The notes beneath the pieces are model-generated. The model was given only the letters and a program-made list of their open reading frames with translations. It was not told where the DNA came from and searched no databases. A stretch of 43,859 nt of DNA, taken from a virus. Its lineage: Duplodnaviria; Heunggongvirae; Uroviricota; Caudoviricetes. Position 1 is the stretch's first letter. Each line of letters begins with the position of its first letter. The stretch is taken from IMG/VR virus record IMGVR_UViG_2908567220_000006, positions 1-43,859 of that record. One strand, written 5' to 3'. The position numbers and the translations under genes were made by a program. Of this stretch, positions 24,649 through 34,207 are shown piece by piece.

Positions 24649-27395
24649 TGCCTGTTGTTCCTACTACATCCGGACGCCAGGTGCAAAGTCGTGGTGTGCA
24701 AACCGGTGGTTTTCAGACCTTCGATGTTCCTCAAGCAGGTCAGGTGCTGGCGAATGTCGCAGATCAGTATGCGGTGGCATATGGTGAAGCTAGGCAGAAA
24801 GCGAATGTTGCTATGGCCCAGGAGGCGTTACTGCAATTTAACCAATTTGCAGATGACCAGATTAACAACCCTGAAAATGGGCTGATTTCTAAACAGGGTA
24901 AAAACGCTCTTGGTCAGAGTGACGCTGTTATGAAAAATATGCAGGAAAGGGCTCAGGCATTATTAGGCTCAATTCCTGAAAGTGAGGAAAGGAATAAATT
25001 ATCCTTTCAACTCCAGCAGTCTATGCAGTCTTATTACAATCAGGCACGTCGATATGAAGTTGGGCAGTTTCAGCAATTCCAAGATCAAACGTATTTGTCA
25101 GGAAATGCATTGGCTGTCACTCAGTCTGCGGGGCTATATAGCGATAACCAAGCATTTGTCGATTTAGCCAAGCAGCGATTTGAATCTATTGATCAATACG
25201 CTGATGCGCATGGGCTTCCTGATGAGTGGCGTGTTCAGCAGAAAACTCAGCTCAAGGAACAAATGGGGCAGCAAGCATGGATAGGAAATATCGCTCAAAA
25301 ATACAACGAGTTTCTTCAGGTTAATGGAGAGCCAGGGGATCTTGATGGTGTGAGTCGTGCAATATCACATGGTAATTCATTGGATGCTCGTGGTTTACGT
25401 AATAATAACCCTGGTAATATTGAAGCGAGCAAATCTAACCCGTGGGAAGGTCAGATCGGTAGCGATGGACGTTTTGCAACGTTTGCTACCCCTGAGCATG
25501 GAATCCGCGCGTTGGGTAAAAATATGTTGTCTTACCAGCGTCAAGGCTATGACACCGTTAGCGAGATTGTTAATCGCTATGCTCCGGCTAGTGATGGTAA
25601 TAATACTGATGCTTATATTAGGGCATTGTGTAGTGAGCTTGGTGTTGGGGAGAATGATCAGCTTGATATCTCTAACCCAAAGACACTAGCTGCTTTATGT
25701 GCTGGGATTATTAAACACGAAAATGGCAGTATGCCTTATAGCACCGAACAGCTTGAAACTGGTATCTCGGCAGCCCTTGGTCTAACTAACCTTGATTCAC
25801 CTAAGCGTTATACGGGCAATGCGGCATTTGACGCTATGAGCCCTCAAATGCAAATACAGGCATTGAGGCAGGCTAATGAGCTGAGAAATCAGTACCGCCA
25901 GCAGTATGCGGACCAGCTTAGCACCGTAGTTAAAGATGCATATTCAGCCCTTGATGAAGGATTGAAACCTGAGAAGTTACCTTCTGAGGACGATTTTATC
26001 CGGGCCAATGGTCCGCGCATTGGCGCTATGAAGTGGAAGGATATGCAGGCGCAGATACAATATGGAGGTGTCATTGGTGCCGCTAAAGACCTCACTCCAG
26101 AAGGACGACAAGACATTCTTGAACGTTTACGTCCACAGGATCCAAATGCTCCTGGATTTGCAGCTAACCAGCAACGCTGGGAGAAAATGCAGGCCAAATT
26201 TAAAGAGATGGATAGGGAGTGGGAGATTCAGCAGGGAAGAAACAGGTTCGTGTCTTCAATGCAAAATAACTTCCCGCTGGACCCTAACGACAAAAACAAT
26301 CAGGCAGCGGTAGACCGTTATTTCGCGCAGGATATCGCGCCTTCGTTTTCCATATCTGATCCGCAGAGCATCAATACACTGGTCACCGTCACAACTAAAA
26401 GCGGCATGATACCAACTCAGGTTAAAACAATGCTTAACAGTGGAGCAACATCAAGAGATCCTGCGCTGGTTGTCCCGATGGCAAAATTCTACGGTCAGTT
26501 ATTCGATAATAATCCGGCGGCAGCGGCAACACTTGATAAAAGTACGATGGCATTTTACGGCAAGGTTTACGATTATTCCCGCGCTGGCGTGCCGGAGGAT
26601 AAGGCTGTTGATATGGCTTACAGCCAGGTGTTCCAACAGGATGACCGAATGAAACAGATGCTTTCCACTGCCATGCGAGACAAAAAATATGTCGCGGCGA
26701 GGGCAACTGCTGCACAAAATAACGCCAGCAGTCTGACTTCCTTTGGTTCGTGGTCTCCGGATATTACCGATCCAGGAAAATCAAATGCGGCCTATCAGCG
26801 AGATTACCAGACAATTTACGATGCTAACTTTGTACAGACAGGTGGCGATGCAGAACAGGCTGAGAAAATGACCAATGCCATGATCAGAACCACCTGGGGA
26901 GTTTCTACAGTTAATGGCAAAGCAGAGGTTATGAAGTATGCACCTGAGGCATTGTACGGAGTAAATAATGGTGCTGGTAACTGGATACAGGGGCAGTGGG
27001 AGCAGGAAAAACGCGAGCTTAAATCAAAATCCTTTGGCGGTCCTCGCAGTGATACGGACTTAATACTTGTTTCTGATGGCCTTACGGCAAGGGATAGGAG
27101 TTATGCTGTTATGGTTTTACAGCCTGACGCAAACGGAGCGATAGAACCGAGAAATTATATTGGAGAAAATGGTCTCCCTGTTCGTTTCAAGCCGGATCAG
27201 CTGACATCTCCAATGTACAGGCAAACCATTCAGTTCCAGCAACAGCGTGTTGATGAGGCTAGAGTGCGGAGAGAAGGCAATCCGCTGCCGCAGTTCAGCA
27301 ATAAAGATGGATATACTCCTCCAGATCTGACCAAACCATTCGGTTATGGTTCAGCCAATTACCTTCCGAGCAATATATACGCAGGGGGCAAATAA
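24648..27395 (+). CDS. large internal virion/ejection protein with putative muralytic segment
   Basis: 915 aa; contains LRNNNPGNIEAS...W.GQIGSDGRFATFATPEHGIRA, a motif I associate with virion-associated peptidoglycan hydrolase domains. Confidence 0.5.
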   Translation: MPVVPTTSGRQVQSRGVQTGGFQTFDVPQAGQVLANVADQYAVAYGEARQKANVAMAQEALLQFNQFADDQINNPENGLISKQGKNALGQSDAVMKNMQERAQALLGSIPESEERNKLSFQLQQSMQSYYNQARRYEVGQFQQFQDQTYLSGNALAVTQSAGLYSDNQAFVDLAKQRFESIDQYADAHGLPDEWRVQQKTQLKEQMGQQAWIGNIAQKYNEFLQVNGEPGDLDGVSRAISHGNSLDARGLRNNNPGNIEASKSNPWEGQIGSDGRFATFATPEHGIRALGKNMLSYQRQGYDTVSEIVNRYAPASDGNNTDAYIRALCSELGVGENDQLDISNPKTLAALCAGIIKHENGSMPYSTEQLETGISAALGLTNLDSPKRYTGNAAFDAMSPQMQIQALRQANELRNQYRQQYADQLSTVVKDAYSALDEGLKPEKLPSEDDFIRANGPRIGAMKWKDMQAQIQYGGVIGAAKDLTPEGRQDILERLRPQDPNAPGFAANQQRWEKMQAKFKEMDREWEIQQGRNRFVSSMQNNFPLDPNDKNNQAAVDRYFAQDIAPSFSISDPQSINTLVTVTTKSGMIPTQVKTMLNSGATSRDPALVVPMAKFYGQLFDNNPAAAATLDKSTMAFYGKVYDYSRAGVPEDKAVDMAYSQVFQQDDRMKQMLSTAMRDKKYVAARATAAQNNASSLTSFGSWSPDITDPGKSNAAYQRDYQTIYDANFVQTGGDAEQAEKMTNAMIRTTWGVSTVNGKAEVMKYAPEALYGVNNGAGNWIQGQWEQEKRELKSKSFGGPRSDTDLILVSDGLTARDRSYAVMVLQPDANGAIEPRNYIGENGLPVRFKPDQLTSPMYRQTIQFQQQRVDEARVRREGNPLPQFSNKDGYTPPDLTKPFGYGSANYLPSNIYAGGK

Positions 27396-30300
27396 TGCCG
27401 ATATATGAACAGGATCCTAAAGAGTTGCTTGGCGAGGATATTCAGCAAATAGCAGCACCTGATGACAGTAATTTCTATATGGAAACACCTTCTTTGCTTT
27501 CTGCTGTGAACCCATTTACCAGTGATCAACGCGTTCAAAGGTCTAGACAAGCAGCATTTCGTATAGATAACACGCTGGGTAGCTTTATTGCCAGTGCTCC
27601 TTTCAGTCAGTTTGACAGGGTTGAAGGATATAACCCATTTGATAACGATGCAGCAGATATTAAAGGCTATGAAGATTTTGCAGATTCGTTTATCAACTCC
27701 GGTTCGCATGAAGAAACAATGGCAATTAAACATCGAATCGATAAGCAAAGAACAGATAGAGAATATCTATCTGAAATGGGTGGTGCTGGTACTATTTCAA
27801 GCTTAGCAATGGGAATGATAGACCCGGTTAATGTGGCTGCAATGTTCATCCCTGTAGGGGCGGTAGCGCGTGGAGGAAGTATTGCTGAGACGGCAGGGCG
27901 TTTTGCCCTGGCGAATGCTGCTGGTGGGGGAGTATCAGAAGCCGCATTACAGGCCACTCAGGAAGCTCGCTCACCGATGGAGAGCGTATCGAACGTTGTT
28001 GTTGATGCTCTCGTTGGTGGGATCCTTGGTGCTGGTGCACAGCTACTTGCTGGACCTAGCGCGCGCGAGGCAGTGGTTAACTCAGTAGGTAATCATTTGC
28101 GAGGTATGGATTCTCCTCAAAGCATTGGTGCAGCTCAGGTTTTCAATACCACACTCGATCAGGAACAGCTCGCTGGACTTGGACTTGCTAACAAAACGTT
28201 GAGTGTCACTCCTGCTGGCCGCTTGGCGCAATCACCATCTCTTGTCTCCCGTCAGATTAACCAGCAGCTTGCCGAAAATAACTATTTCTTCGCCAAAAAT
28301 GATGAGGGGTTGGCTACGTTTACGGCAGTCGAGACTAAGATTAAGCAATACGACGCCATGCTTTATAAGCAGATGGAAGCTACTCGTGATGCTTACCAGC
28401 AGTACAGCAAATCTGTCAGCGCCCGCGGCGTGAAGAGGATGAACTTTATTGATTTCAATGAAGCTGTTGGCATGGCTATGCGCCGTGGTGATCAGAGTGA
28501 TATTCCTGAGGTTTCACAAGCAGCCGCCAGAATCCGCCCCATTTTTGAGACCACAAAAGCCCGTATGCAGGAATTGGGGATCCTTCCTGAGGATATCGAT
28601 GTCGTGACGGCGAAGAGTTATCTTCCCCGCATTTATAAGTTCGATAAGATACTTTCCGACCGCACTGAATTCAGAGGGCGAATTGCCAACTGGATACAAG
28701 TGATTAGTGCCAAAGGTGCTGACAAAGCAGGTCAGCGAATTGAAAAGATAAATTCATTGCTAAAAACTGCAGAGGAATCAGCACCGCGCGCTGATGCTCT
28801 CGCTAGTGAAATCGCTGAAGCGGAGAAATGGTCTGGTAAAAAAATTCTACTCATGGAAGAACTGGATAAACGAAATAAGCTTATATCTCAGGAGACTGAC
28901 ACACAGGCGCGTCTTACAAGAATAGAAAAAGAGTTGGCCGAGACTTCATCAGAAAAACTTCAGGCAAGAATGATGAAAGAAAGCTCTGACCTTAAAACAC
29001 GCCTTGATGATATAGCGCAGGCAAAGAGTGAGCTTCCTGTCTATCAGCGCCATATGGAGTTGCTGGATAATCCACGGAAATATCGTTCTGAGCTTCGCCG
29101 ACTGCAAAAACGGGCAAATTCAACCACAAGGCTGAATGCAAGCCGCGAGCGAGCACTGAAGCAGATGGAGCCTCTATCCCGAGAGGAAGCAGAGGACGCT
29201 GCTGACGAGATCGTGAATAAAATAATAGGCGCACCTTCCGGGCTTGTACCAGCCGATATTATCCCAGAGAGACTCGTTGGTCGGGCTGGTTTCACTAAAA
29301 GCAGAACGCTGCTTATTCCTGATGAGCGTATAGAAGATTTTCTTGAATCAGATGTTAACTACATCATGGAAAGTTATCTCCGGCAGGTGGCACCAGAAAT
29401 TGAGCTGACTGCGCAGTTTGGCCGTAAAGATATGGGGGAGCAAATCCGTCAGGTTAGTGAGGAATATACCCGGCTAATAAAAGAGGCTAAAACACCTAAA
29501 CGACGTGCAGTTCTTGAGAAGCAACGGGAGGCTGATATTAGGGATATTACGGCTATGCGTGATCGACTGCTTGGTACTTACGGTGCACCTCAAGATCCAC
29601 GCAGTTTCTTTGTTCGTGCCGGGCGAGTTGCTAGGAATATTAACTTCCTCCGTTTGCTTGGTGGAATGACTGTCTCCGCTGCAACTGATCTGATGCGACC
29701 GATGATGCAGCATGGCCTGAGAAAATCTCTCGGACCAATGGTAAGCATGCTTAAAAATATGGACTCAGTGAAAATTGCAACCAGGGATTTGCGAGAAATG
29801 GCAGTTGGGCTTGATTATGTCCTGTCTACGCGTACAAAGGCTATAGCGGATCTTACTGACCCCTATAGCCGGAGAAGCGCCGCTGAGCGAGGTCTGAACT
29901 GGATGACGCAGAAATTCGGTAACTGGACGCTGATGAATCAGTGGAACAGCGCACTTAAATCATGGTCTGGGATGATAGTGCAGTCGAGGATACTTGACGC
30001 GGCTCGCCAAGTTTCTGCTGGTGGCACGCTCTCCAAAAGTGAAATGCGGAAGATGGCACAGGTCGGCATCAATGAAGATGTTCTGCGCCGAATCGGGGAG
30101 CAATTCGGGAAGCACGGAGAGGATATGGACGGGCTGTTAACCGGGCATAGTCATCTGTGGGATGACCGTTTCGCTAGAGAGATTTTCCAGTCTGCAGTGC
30201 TGAAAGATGTAGACTCAGTGATTGTAACGCCTGGCGTAGGTGATACACCGCTGTTTTTTAGTAAAGAAGGCTGGAAGATGATCACGCAGTTCAAAACGTT

Positions 30301-30784
30301 TATCTTCGCACAGCATAACAGGGTGCTGGTATCTGGTATCCAGCAGGGCGATGCTGCATTCTATCTTGGTGCGCTTGGCACGATTGCGCTTGGCTCAATG
30401 GTCTATATGATGAAACAGAAGTTAAGCGGTCGCGATATCGACTACAGCTGGAATAACCTTGTGAAAGAGGGGATCGACCGGGGCGGAATGCTTGGCTGGC
30501 TCTCTGAGCCGCTGAATACCGTTGAGAACATAAGCGGCGGTAGGTTTGGTCTTGGCGCGATGTTTGGTGCGCCTCCGGTATCAAGGTTTCAGAGTCGTAA
30601 TGCTATTGGTGCTTTACTTGGTCCTACCTTTGATCTTGGCGGTGATGCCGCGACGGTTGCAAATGGTGTACTTAACGGAGAATTTGACAGCCAGCAAACC
30701 CACGCTGTCCGTAAAATGCTACCTTTTCAGAATCTGTGGGCGATATCACCATTACTAAATAAAGTTGAAGAGCAGATGAAATAG
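27395..30784 (+). CDS. very large internal virion/ejection protein (T7 gp16 position)
   Basis: 1129 aa with long coiled-coil-like stretches; last core gene before the accessory island. Confidence 0.5.
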   Translation: MPIYEQDPKELLGEDIQQIAAPDDSNFYMETPSLLSAVNPFTSDQRVQRSRQAAFRIDNTLGSFIASAPFSQFDRVEGYNPFDNDAADIKGYEDFADSFINSGSHEETMAIKHRIDKQRTDREYLSEMGGAGTISSLAMGMIDPVNVAAMFIPVGAVARGGSIAETAGRFALANAAGGGVSEAALQATQEARSPMESVSNVVVDALVGGILGAGAQLLAGPSAREAVVNSVGNHLRGMDSPQSIGAAQVFNTTLDQEQLAGLGLANKTLSVTPAGRLAQSPSLVSRQINQQLAENNYFFAKNDEGLATFTAVETKIKQYDAMLYKQMEATRDAYQQYSKSVSARGVKRMNFIDFNEAVGMAMRRGDQSDIPEVSQAAARIRPIFETTKARMQELGILPEDIDVVTAKSYLPRIYKFDKILSDRTEFRGRIANWIQVISAKGADKAGQRIEKINSLLKTAEESAPRADALASEIAEAEKWSGKKILLMEELDKRNKLISQETDTQARLTRIEKELAETSSEKLQARMMKESSDLKTRLDDIAQAKSELPVYQRHMELLDNPRKYRSELRRLQKRANSTTRLNASRERALKQMEPLSREEAEDAADEIVNKIIGAPSGLVPADIIPERLVGRAGFTKSRTLLIPDERIEDFLESDVNYIMESYLRQVAPEIELTAQFGRKDMGEQIRQVSEEYTRLIKEAKTPKRRAVLEKQREADIRDITAMRDRLLGTYGAPQDPRSFFVRAGRVARNINFLRLLGGMTVSAATDLMRPMMQHGLRKSLGPMVSMLKNMDSVKIATRDLREMAVGLDYVLSTRTKAIADLTDPYSRRSAAERGLNWMTQKFGNWTLMNQWNSALKSWSGMIVQSRILDAARQVSAGGTLSKSEMRKMAQVGINEDVLRRIGEQFGKHGEDMDGLLTGHSHLWDDRFAREIFQSAVLKDVDSVIVTPGVGDTPLFFSKEGWKMITQFKTFIFAQHNRVLVSGIQQGDAAFYLGALGTIALGSMVYMMKQKLSGRDIDYSWNNLVKEGIDRGGMLGWLSEPLNTVENISGGRFGLGAMFGAPPVSRFQSRNAIGALLGPTFDLGGDAATVANGVLNGEFDSQQTHAVRKMLPFQNLWAISPLLNKVEEQMK

Positions 30785-30785
30785 G

Positions 30786-31637
30786 ATGAAAAAAATAAAT
30801 TTGTTTTTTGGCATAGTGCTTTCAATAGTCTCTGTAAATCCTACAGCTGCCAGTTCATTGCAATGCAATAAGGATAACTTTGATGCATGCAAAACGTGCG
30901 AACAATTATCAAAGGCTATCGACTTAAAAGAACCTAATCGTGGCGATTACTATAGAGGGGCTTTATGGAATGGGCTTTACGCCTCTTATGTAATTAATTG
31001 CCCTGTGGTTGCAGAGAAGTTACTGAGCCATGGTGCTATACCATCATATGGCGGATATATGGGGTCTATGGGGGCGGTTCTGACAGGAAAATGGCCTCAT
31101 AACAATGAATCAATAAATCTTTCATGGGCAGATTTGCTTATAAAACATGGATTTGATGTTAATAGGCATACGGGGAATTATAAATCAGCTACTGAAGTAT
31201 GGGCTATAGATAAAAAACAGATTGAATATAAGTCAGTTTTTGACAAGTTAATTCAATCCAGCGAAGTAAAACCACTCGATCCTTCAAGAAATTTAGAATG
31301 GTGTGCGTCTGAAGGGTATCGCTCAGTTGTCGTTTATTCCCTTAACTCATGTATAGAAAATGCTATAAAACGTTTGGATGACGGTGTTTCTTCAGCGTCT
31401 GATATTTCATCAGCAGCCGTAAATTCCTGTACTAGCGATGTAGAAAATTTCAATAAGCATTTGGCATGCAAAGCAGCTGTTAAAGAAAACTCTGATAAAG
31501 AGAGAAGCAACGTTTACCAGTTATTAACCAGTGATAGTCAAATGAATAAAAATGTTATTGATATGCTGAAGGAAAGAAATATTGAAACGGTTCTTGAATT
31601 TAGAGCTGAAAATCGATCAGCGAAAACTGCACAGTGA
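30786..31637 (+). CDS. secreted Cys-rich protein with ankyrin-repeat-like segments (moron)
   Basis: N-terminal signal peptide MKKINLFFGIVLSIVSVNPTAA; AT-rich codon usage unlike flanking genes; segments ALWNGLYASYVINCPVVAEKLLSHGA and WADLLIKHGFDVN resemble ankyrin repeats. Confidence 0.55.
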   Translation: MKKINLFFGIVLSIVSVNPTAASSLQCNKDNFDACKTCEQLSKAIDLKEPNRGDYYRGALWNGLYASYVINCPVVAEKLLSHGAIPSYGGYMGSMGAVLTGKWPHNNESINLSWADLLIKHGFDVNRHTGNYKSATEVWAIDKKQIEYKSVFDKLIQSSEVKPLDPSRNLEWCASEGYRSVVVYSLNSCIENAIKRLDDGVSSASDISSAAVNSCTSDVENFNKHLACKAAVKENSDKERSNVYQLLTSDSQMNKNVIDMLKERNIETVLEFRAENRSAKTAQ

Positions 31638-31643
31638 TCAAAC

Positions 31644-31668
31644 AGGCCGCTTTCGCGGCCTTGTTTTT
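31644..31668. terminator. intrinsic terminator shared by convergent genes
   Basis: GGCCGC-TTTC-GCGGCC hairpin followed by TTGTTTTT on the plus strand. Confidence 0.6.
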
Positions 31669-31828
31669 AACGAATGCCACCGCCGCCCGGACGGGAATCC
31701 GCAGAACGCCCACCGCAGCGGGAGCCGTCAGCGGCAGTATCGCTGTCGTGCTGACAACGACCGGCAAAGGCCTGAGTTGAAGCTACCAGAGACAACAAAA
31801 CGAACAGTGCAGCAAATGCTTTTTTCAT
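31667..31828 (-). CDS. small secreted Gly-rich hypothetical protein
   Basis: Start at MKKAFAALFVLLSLVASTQAFA (signal-peptide-like); weak SD. Confidence 0.35.
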   Translation of the reverse strand: MKKAFAALFVLLSLVASTQAFAGRCQHDSDTAADGSRCGGRSADSRPGGGGIR

Positions 31829-31911
31829 TGTGAAAAATTTCCATCTATAAGCCACCTCAATGTGGCGTCAATGAGTGTAGCACTGACTTTTGTTTCGTCC
31901 ATAAAAAACTA

Positions 31912-32424
31912 CTATGCAGGCTTTTTGGATTTGTACGAATAATCCCACGGATAAACATTTCTACTAAGTGGAGCTGTATTCGTTCGTTCATGAAATAATT
32001 TTGTGAAATTCAATACGGAATCCATCCAAACTTTTGCGTTAGCTTTGGTGTGTGCGGGCGGGTCCCAATAAGCTAGTAAGGCTGCATCTCTTATTTCATT
32101 GACTGCATATATGAGATATGCGTTACTGGTTGGTTTTGGCCTGTAATTTCCTTGTTCATCAATCAATCCATATGACCACTCATCCCAACACTGTTCAGTA
32201 CATGAGTATGAATATGATGCATATTCACCAATATTGACATGAACCTTTCTGAGATGGAAGCCTAATACTTCCTCTGGTCTTTCAAAAAGAGTATCTTTTC
32301 CCAGATCAGGATGATGACCATGACGCCAGTGTTGTTTAAAAGCATCTTTTAGCGAAATCAGAAAGTCATCAGTTTTAAACTCACCAGTAGGTATAACCTT
32401 CCCGCTATACTCACTCAAAAACAT
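31912..32424 (-). CDS. hypothetical protein B (170 aa), downstream gene of a two-gene accessory operon
   Basis: Start overlaps the upstream gene by 14 nt; AT-rich; motif region HWRHGHHPDLGKDTLF...GFHLRKVHVNI; no confident family assignment. Confidence 0.55.
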   Translation of the reverse strand: MFLSEYSGKVIPTGEFKTDDFLISLKDAFKQHWRHGHHPDLGKDTLFERPEEVLGFHLRKVHVNIGEYASYSYSCTEQCWDEWSYGLIDEQGNYRPKPTSNAYLIYAVNEIRDAALLAYWDPPAHTKANAKVWMDSVLNFTKLFHERTNTAPLSRNVYPWDYSYKSKKPA

Positions 32425-32737
32425 CGAATTCCTCTTCCTTCATATGCGTTTCTAATGAGTTAAGCTGGCGGAAAGATATCTCTTTTGATTCTGCAGATGA
32501 GAGTTTTTTTATCCGCTTTATATTCTTTGTGATAGGAATAGACATTGTATGCACATCAGCGGATGCTCTTGGCTTTGTGCTGATAAAAATATGGCGCAAT
32601 GCCGCATTTTCACTATTGAACGAGCCAATAGCTGATTTACGTGCTACAACCTTACCAGTAAAAATACGACTCTTGCTACGCTTTGCATGAGTTCCGCTTC
32701 TTACCGGACCTCTCATCACGAATCCAAGTTTTGTCAT
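32411..32737 (-). CDS. hypothetical protein A (108 aa), upstream gene of a two-gene accessory operon
   Basis: GGAG SD 7 nt before the ATG; basic N-terminus; candidate promoter (-35 TTGCAG, -10 TACTAT) abutting the palindrome at 32780-32794. Confidence 0.5.
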   Translation of the reverse strand: MTKLGFVMRGPVRSGTHAKRSKSRIFTGKVVARKSAIGSFNSENAALRHIFISTKPRASADVHTMSIPITKNIKRIKKLSSAESKEISFRQLNSLETHMKEEEFDVFE

Positions 32738-32779
32738 CTTTAATCTCCGGTAAGTTACAGGTATAAAATAAAAACAGGT

Positions 32780-32794
32780 TTACCTTTAAGGTAA
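32780..32794. promoter_or_regulatory. palindrome copy at promoter of two-gene accessory operon
   Basis: Perfect TTACCtttaaGGTAA 43 bp upstream of the 108-aa gene start. Confidence 0.5.
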
Positions 32795-32867
32795 TAGTAC
32801 GCTATTCACCCCCGGTCTGCAATCTGTACAGAATTATTTAAAGGCACGTCCCTGTGCCGCCGACCCG

Positions 32868-33560
32868 TCAGAAGAACCCTGCCTTGTCGTTGATGTACTC
32901 CGCGTGGGTCTGGATATCACGCAGGCATTTGCTCACACCGACGATGTAGCAGAACATGGTGGTCAGTTCCGCCGCCGCGCCCGATACATCGTGCCCGTCT
33001 TCCTGTAACTGGTTCAGCAGATTCATCAGCAGTGAGTTCTCCGTCAGGCCGAGAACACCAGACGGCGAGTGAATCAGGCTACGGTAGCCGGGCTTCAGCG
33101 GGGCGCTGTAGGTTTTGTTCTCTATCTTCATCGCCTGCATTACTGCTGACGCCGTGGCGTTGGCTACCTGGTCGGCAACCATCTTTATGCGTTCTTCCTG
33201 CGGGAGCGAGTTTTTAATGTAACTTCCGGTGCGGCGGATCTGAGGAAGAACCTCACCTGTAACCCATTCAAGAAATCTGAATGCTCTCGTTCCCTCAGTC
33301 ATTGCCTCTTTGCAACGCAGAATAAGGATGTAGAGACCTGATTCTGAAACGATGGATAGTTCTTGTATTCCACCAGGGGTCTGTATTGAATACAGCCCCT
33401 TTTTGTTCCAGCCTTTTTTATCAAGTTTTCTCGCTTGTGTAACATCAATATTCAAAGCATTGCACACATCTTTGGTGACAAACCAAGGTTCTCCGTCAAT
33501 CATGAACATACGGATCTGGCAGGATGACTCAAAGGAAAAGATGGAAGGTTTGGTATTCAT
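32868..33560 (-). CDS. antirepressor (Bro-N domain with C-terminal Ant/KilA-C-like domain)
   Basis: Start at MNTKPSIFSFESSCQIRMFMIDGEPWFVTKDVC (Bro-N signature) with AAAGGTGA SD. Confidence 0.7.
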   Translation of the reverse strand: MNTKPSIFSFESSCQIRMFMIDGEPWFVTKDVCNALNIDVTQARKLDKKGWNKKGLYSIQTPGGIQELSIVSESGLYILILRCKEAMTEGTRAFRFLEWVTGEVLPQIRRTGSYIKNSLPQEERIKMVADQVANATASAVMQAMKIENKTYSAPLKPGYRSLIHSPSGVLGLTENSLLMNLLNQLQEDGHDVSGAAAELTTMFCYIVGVSKCLRDIQTHAEYINDKAGFF

Positions 33561-33827
33561 GGCGATCACCTTTGTAGTTAGGTTAATCACCACCGCTGAG
33601 ACCAATCAGATGGTGGTGAACTGTGCAGAGTTGGTCTTACCGGCTACAAAGGAACCCGGCGCACCTTTCGGTGCCCCCACACAGCCCACCATAGAATAGG
33701 TGCGCTTTACACATAAAAAAACCGCTTATGCGGCATATGTGCCTCTGTAGTAATCCGGGAGACCAATCCCGGCACTGGATTTTGCCAGTGCCCGATTACT
33801 ATGGCACAAGAGGAGTGCGATGTAAAT

Positions 33828-33842
33828 TTACCGCAAAGGTAA
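33828..33842. promoter_or_regulatory. palindrome copy upstream of Bro-N antirepressor
   Basis: Perfect TTACCgcaaaGGTAA. Confidence 0.45.
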
Positions 33843-33873
33843 ATATAAGCACTCCATTTGGTAATTGCAAACC

Positions 33874-34131
33874 TTATCTGGTTTGTTTTCGTAATTGTTC
33901 GGCACAATAGTCGAGATGTGTTTGCAGATCCTGCATAGACATCTGTGAGCTGGTGACGTAGTTAATCAGTGCAGTCAGTTCGGCAAGTGGGCCATCGACA
34001 TTAAATCCATCCTTATCGAGATCCCGGAGTAATTTCATCAAGTGCGATCCCTCCACCAGTGACCTGACGCCTCCCGGCGTGTGAATCCTTTCGGTAAATC
34101 CGTCTTCCAGTGGATAGTGATACTGCTGCAT
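33874..34131 (-). CDS. small antirepressor-domain protein, paralog of the Ant C-terminal domain; putative SOS-inducible antirepressor
   Basis: Start at MQQYHYPL with GGAG SD; SHLMKLLRDLDKDGFNVDGPLAELTALINYV...DLQTHLDY aligns by eye with the Bro-N antirepressor C-terminus; a LexA box overlaps its promoter. Confidence 0.55.
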   Translation of the reverse strand: MQQYHYPLEDGFTERIHTPGGVRSLVEGSHLMKLLRDLDKDGFNVDGPLAELTALINYVTSSQMSMQDLQTHLDYCAEQLRKQTR

Positions 34132-34152
34132 CTTATCTTCTCCATGCAATAA

Positions 34153-34168
34153 CTGTATATTTATACAG
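34153..34168. promoter_or_regulatory. LexA (SOS) box
   Basis: CTGTATATTTATACAG: perfect CTGT-N8-ACAG with AT-only spacer, one base from CTGTATATATATACAG; 22 bp upstream of the small antirepressor-domain gene. Confidence 0.7.
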
Positions 34169-34207
34169 TATCAAATAATTTGTTTGCTATCCAGCACGTT
34201 TTGCCAA

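Noticed and set aside
34141-34149. Upstream TTG start for the small antirepressor-domain gene (ORF-track start at 34149)
   Set aside because: An in-frame ATG at 34131 with a GGAG SD is a better start; the TTG extension would begin inside the LexA box.
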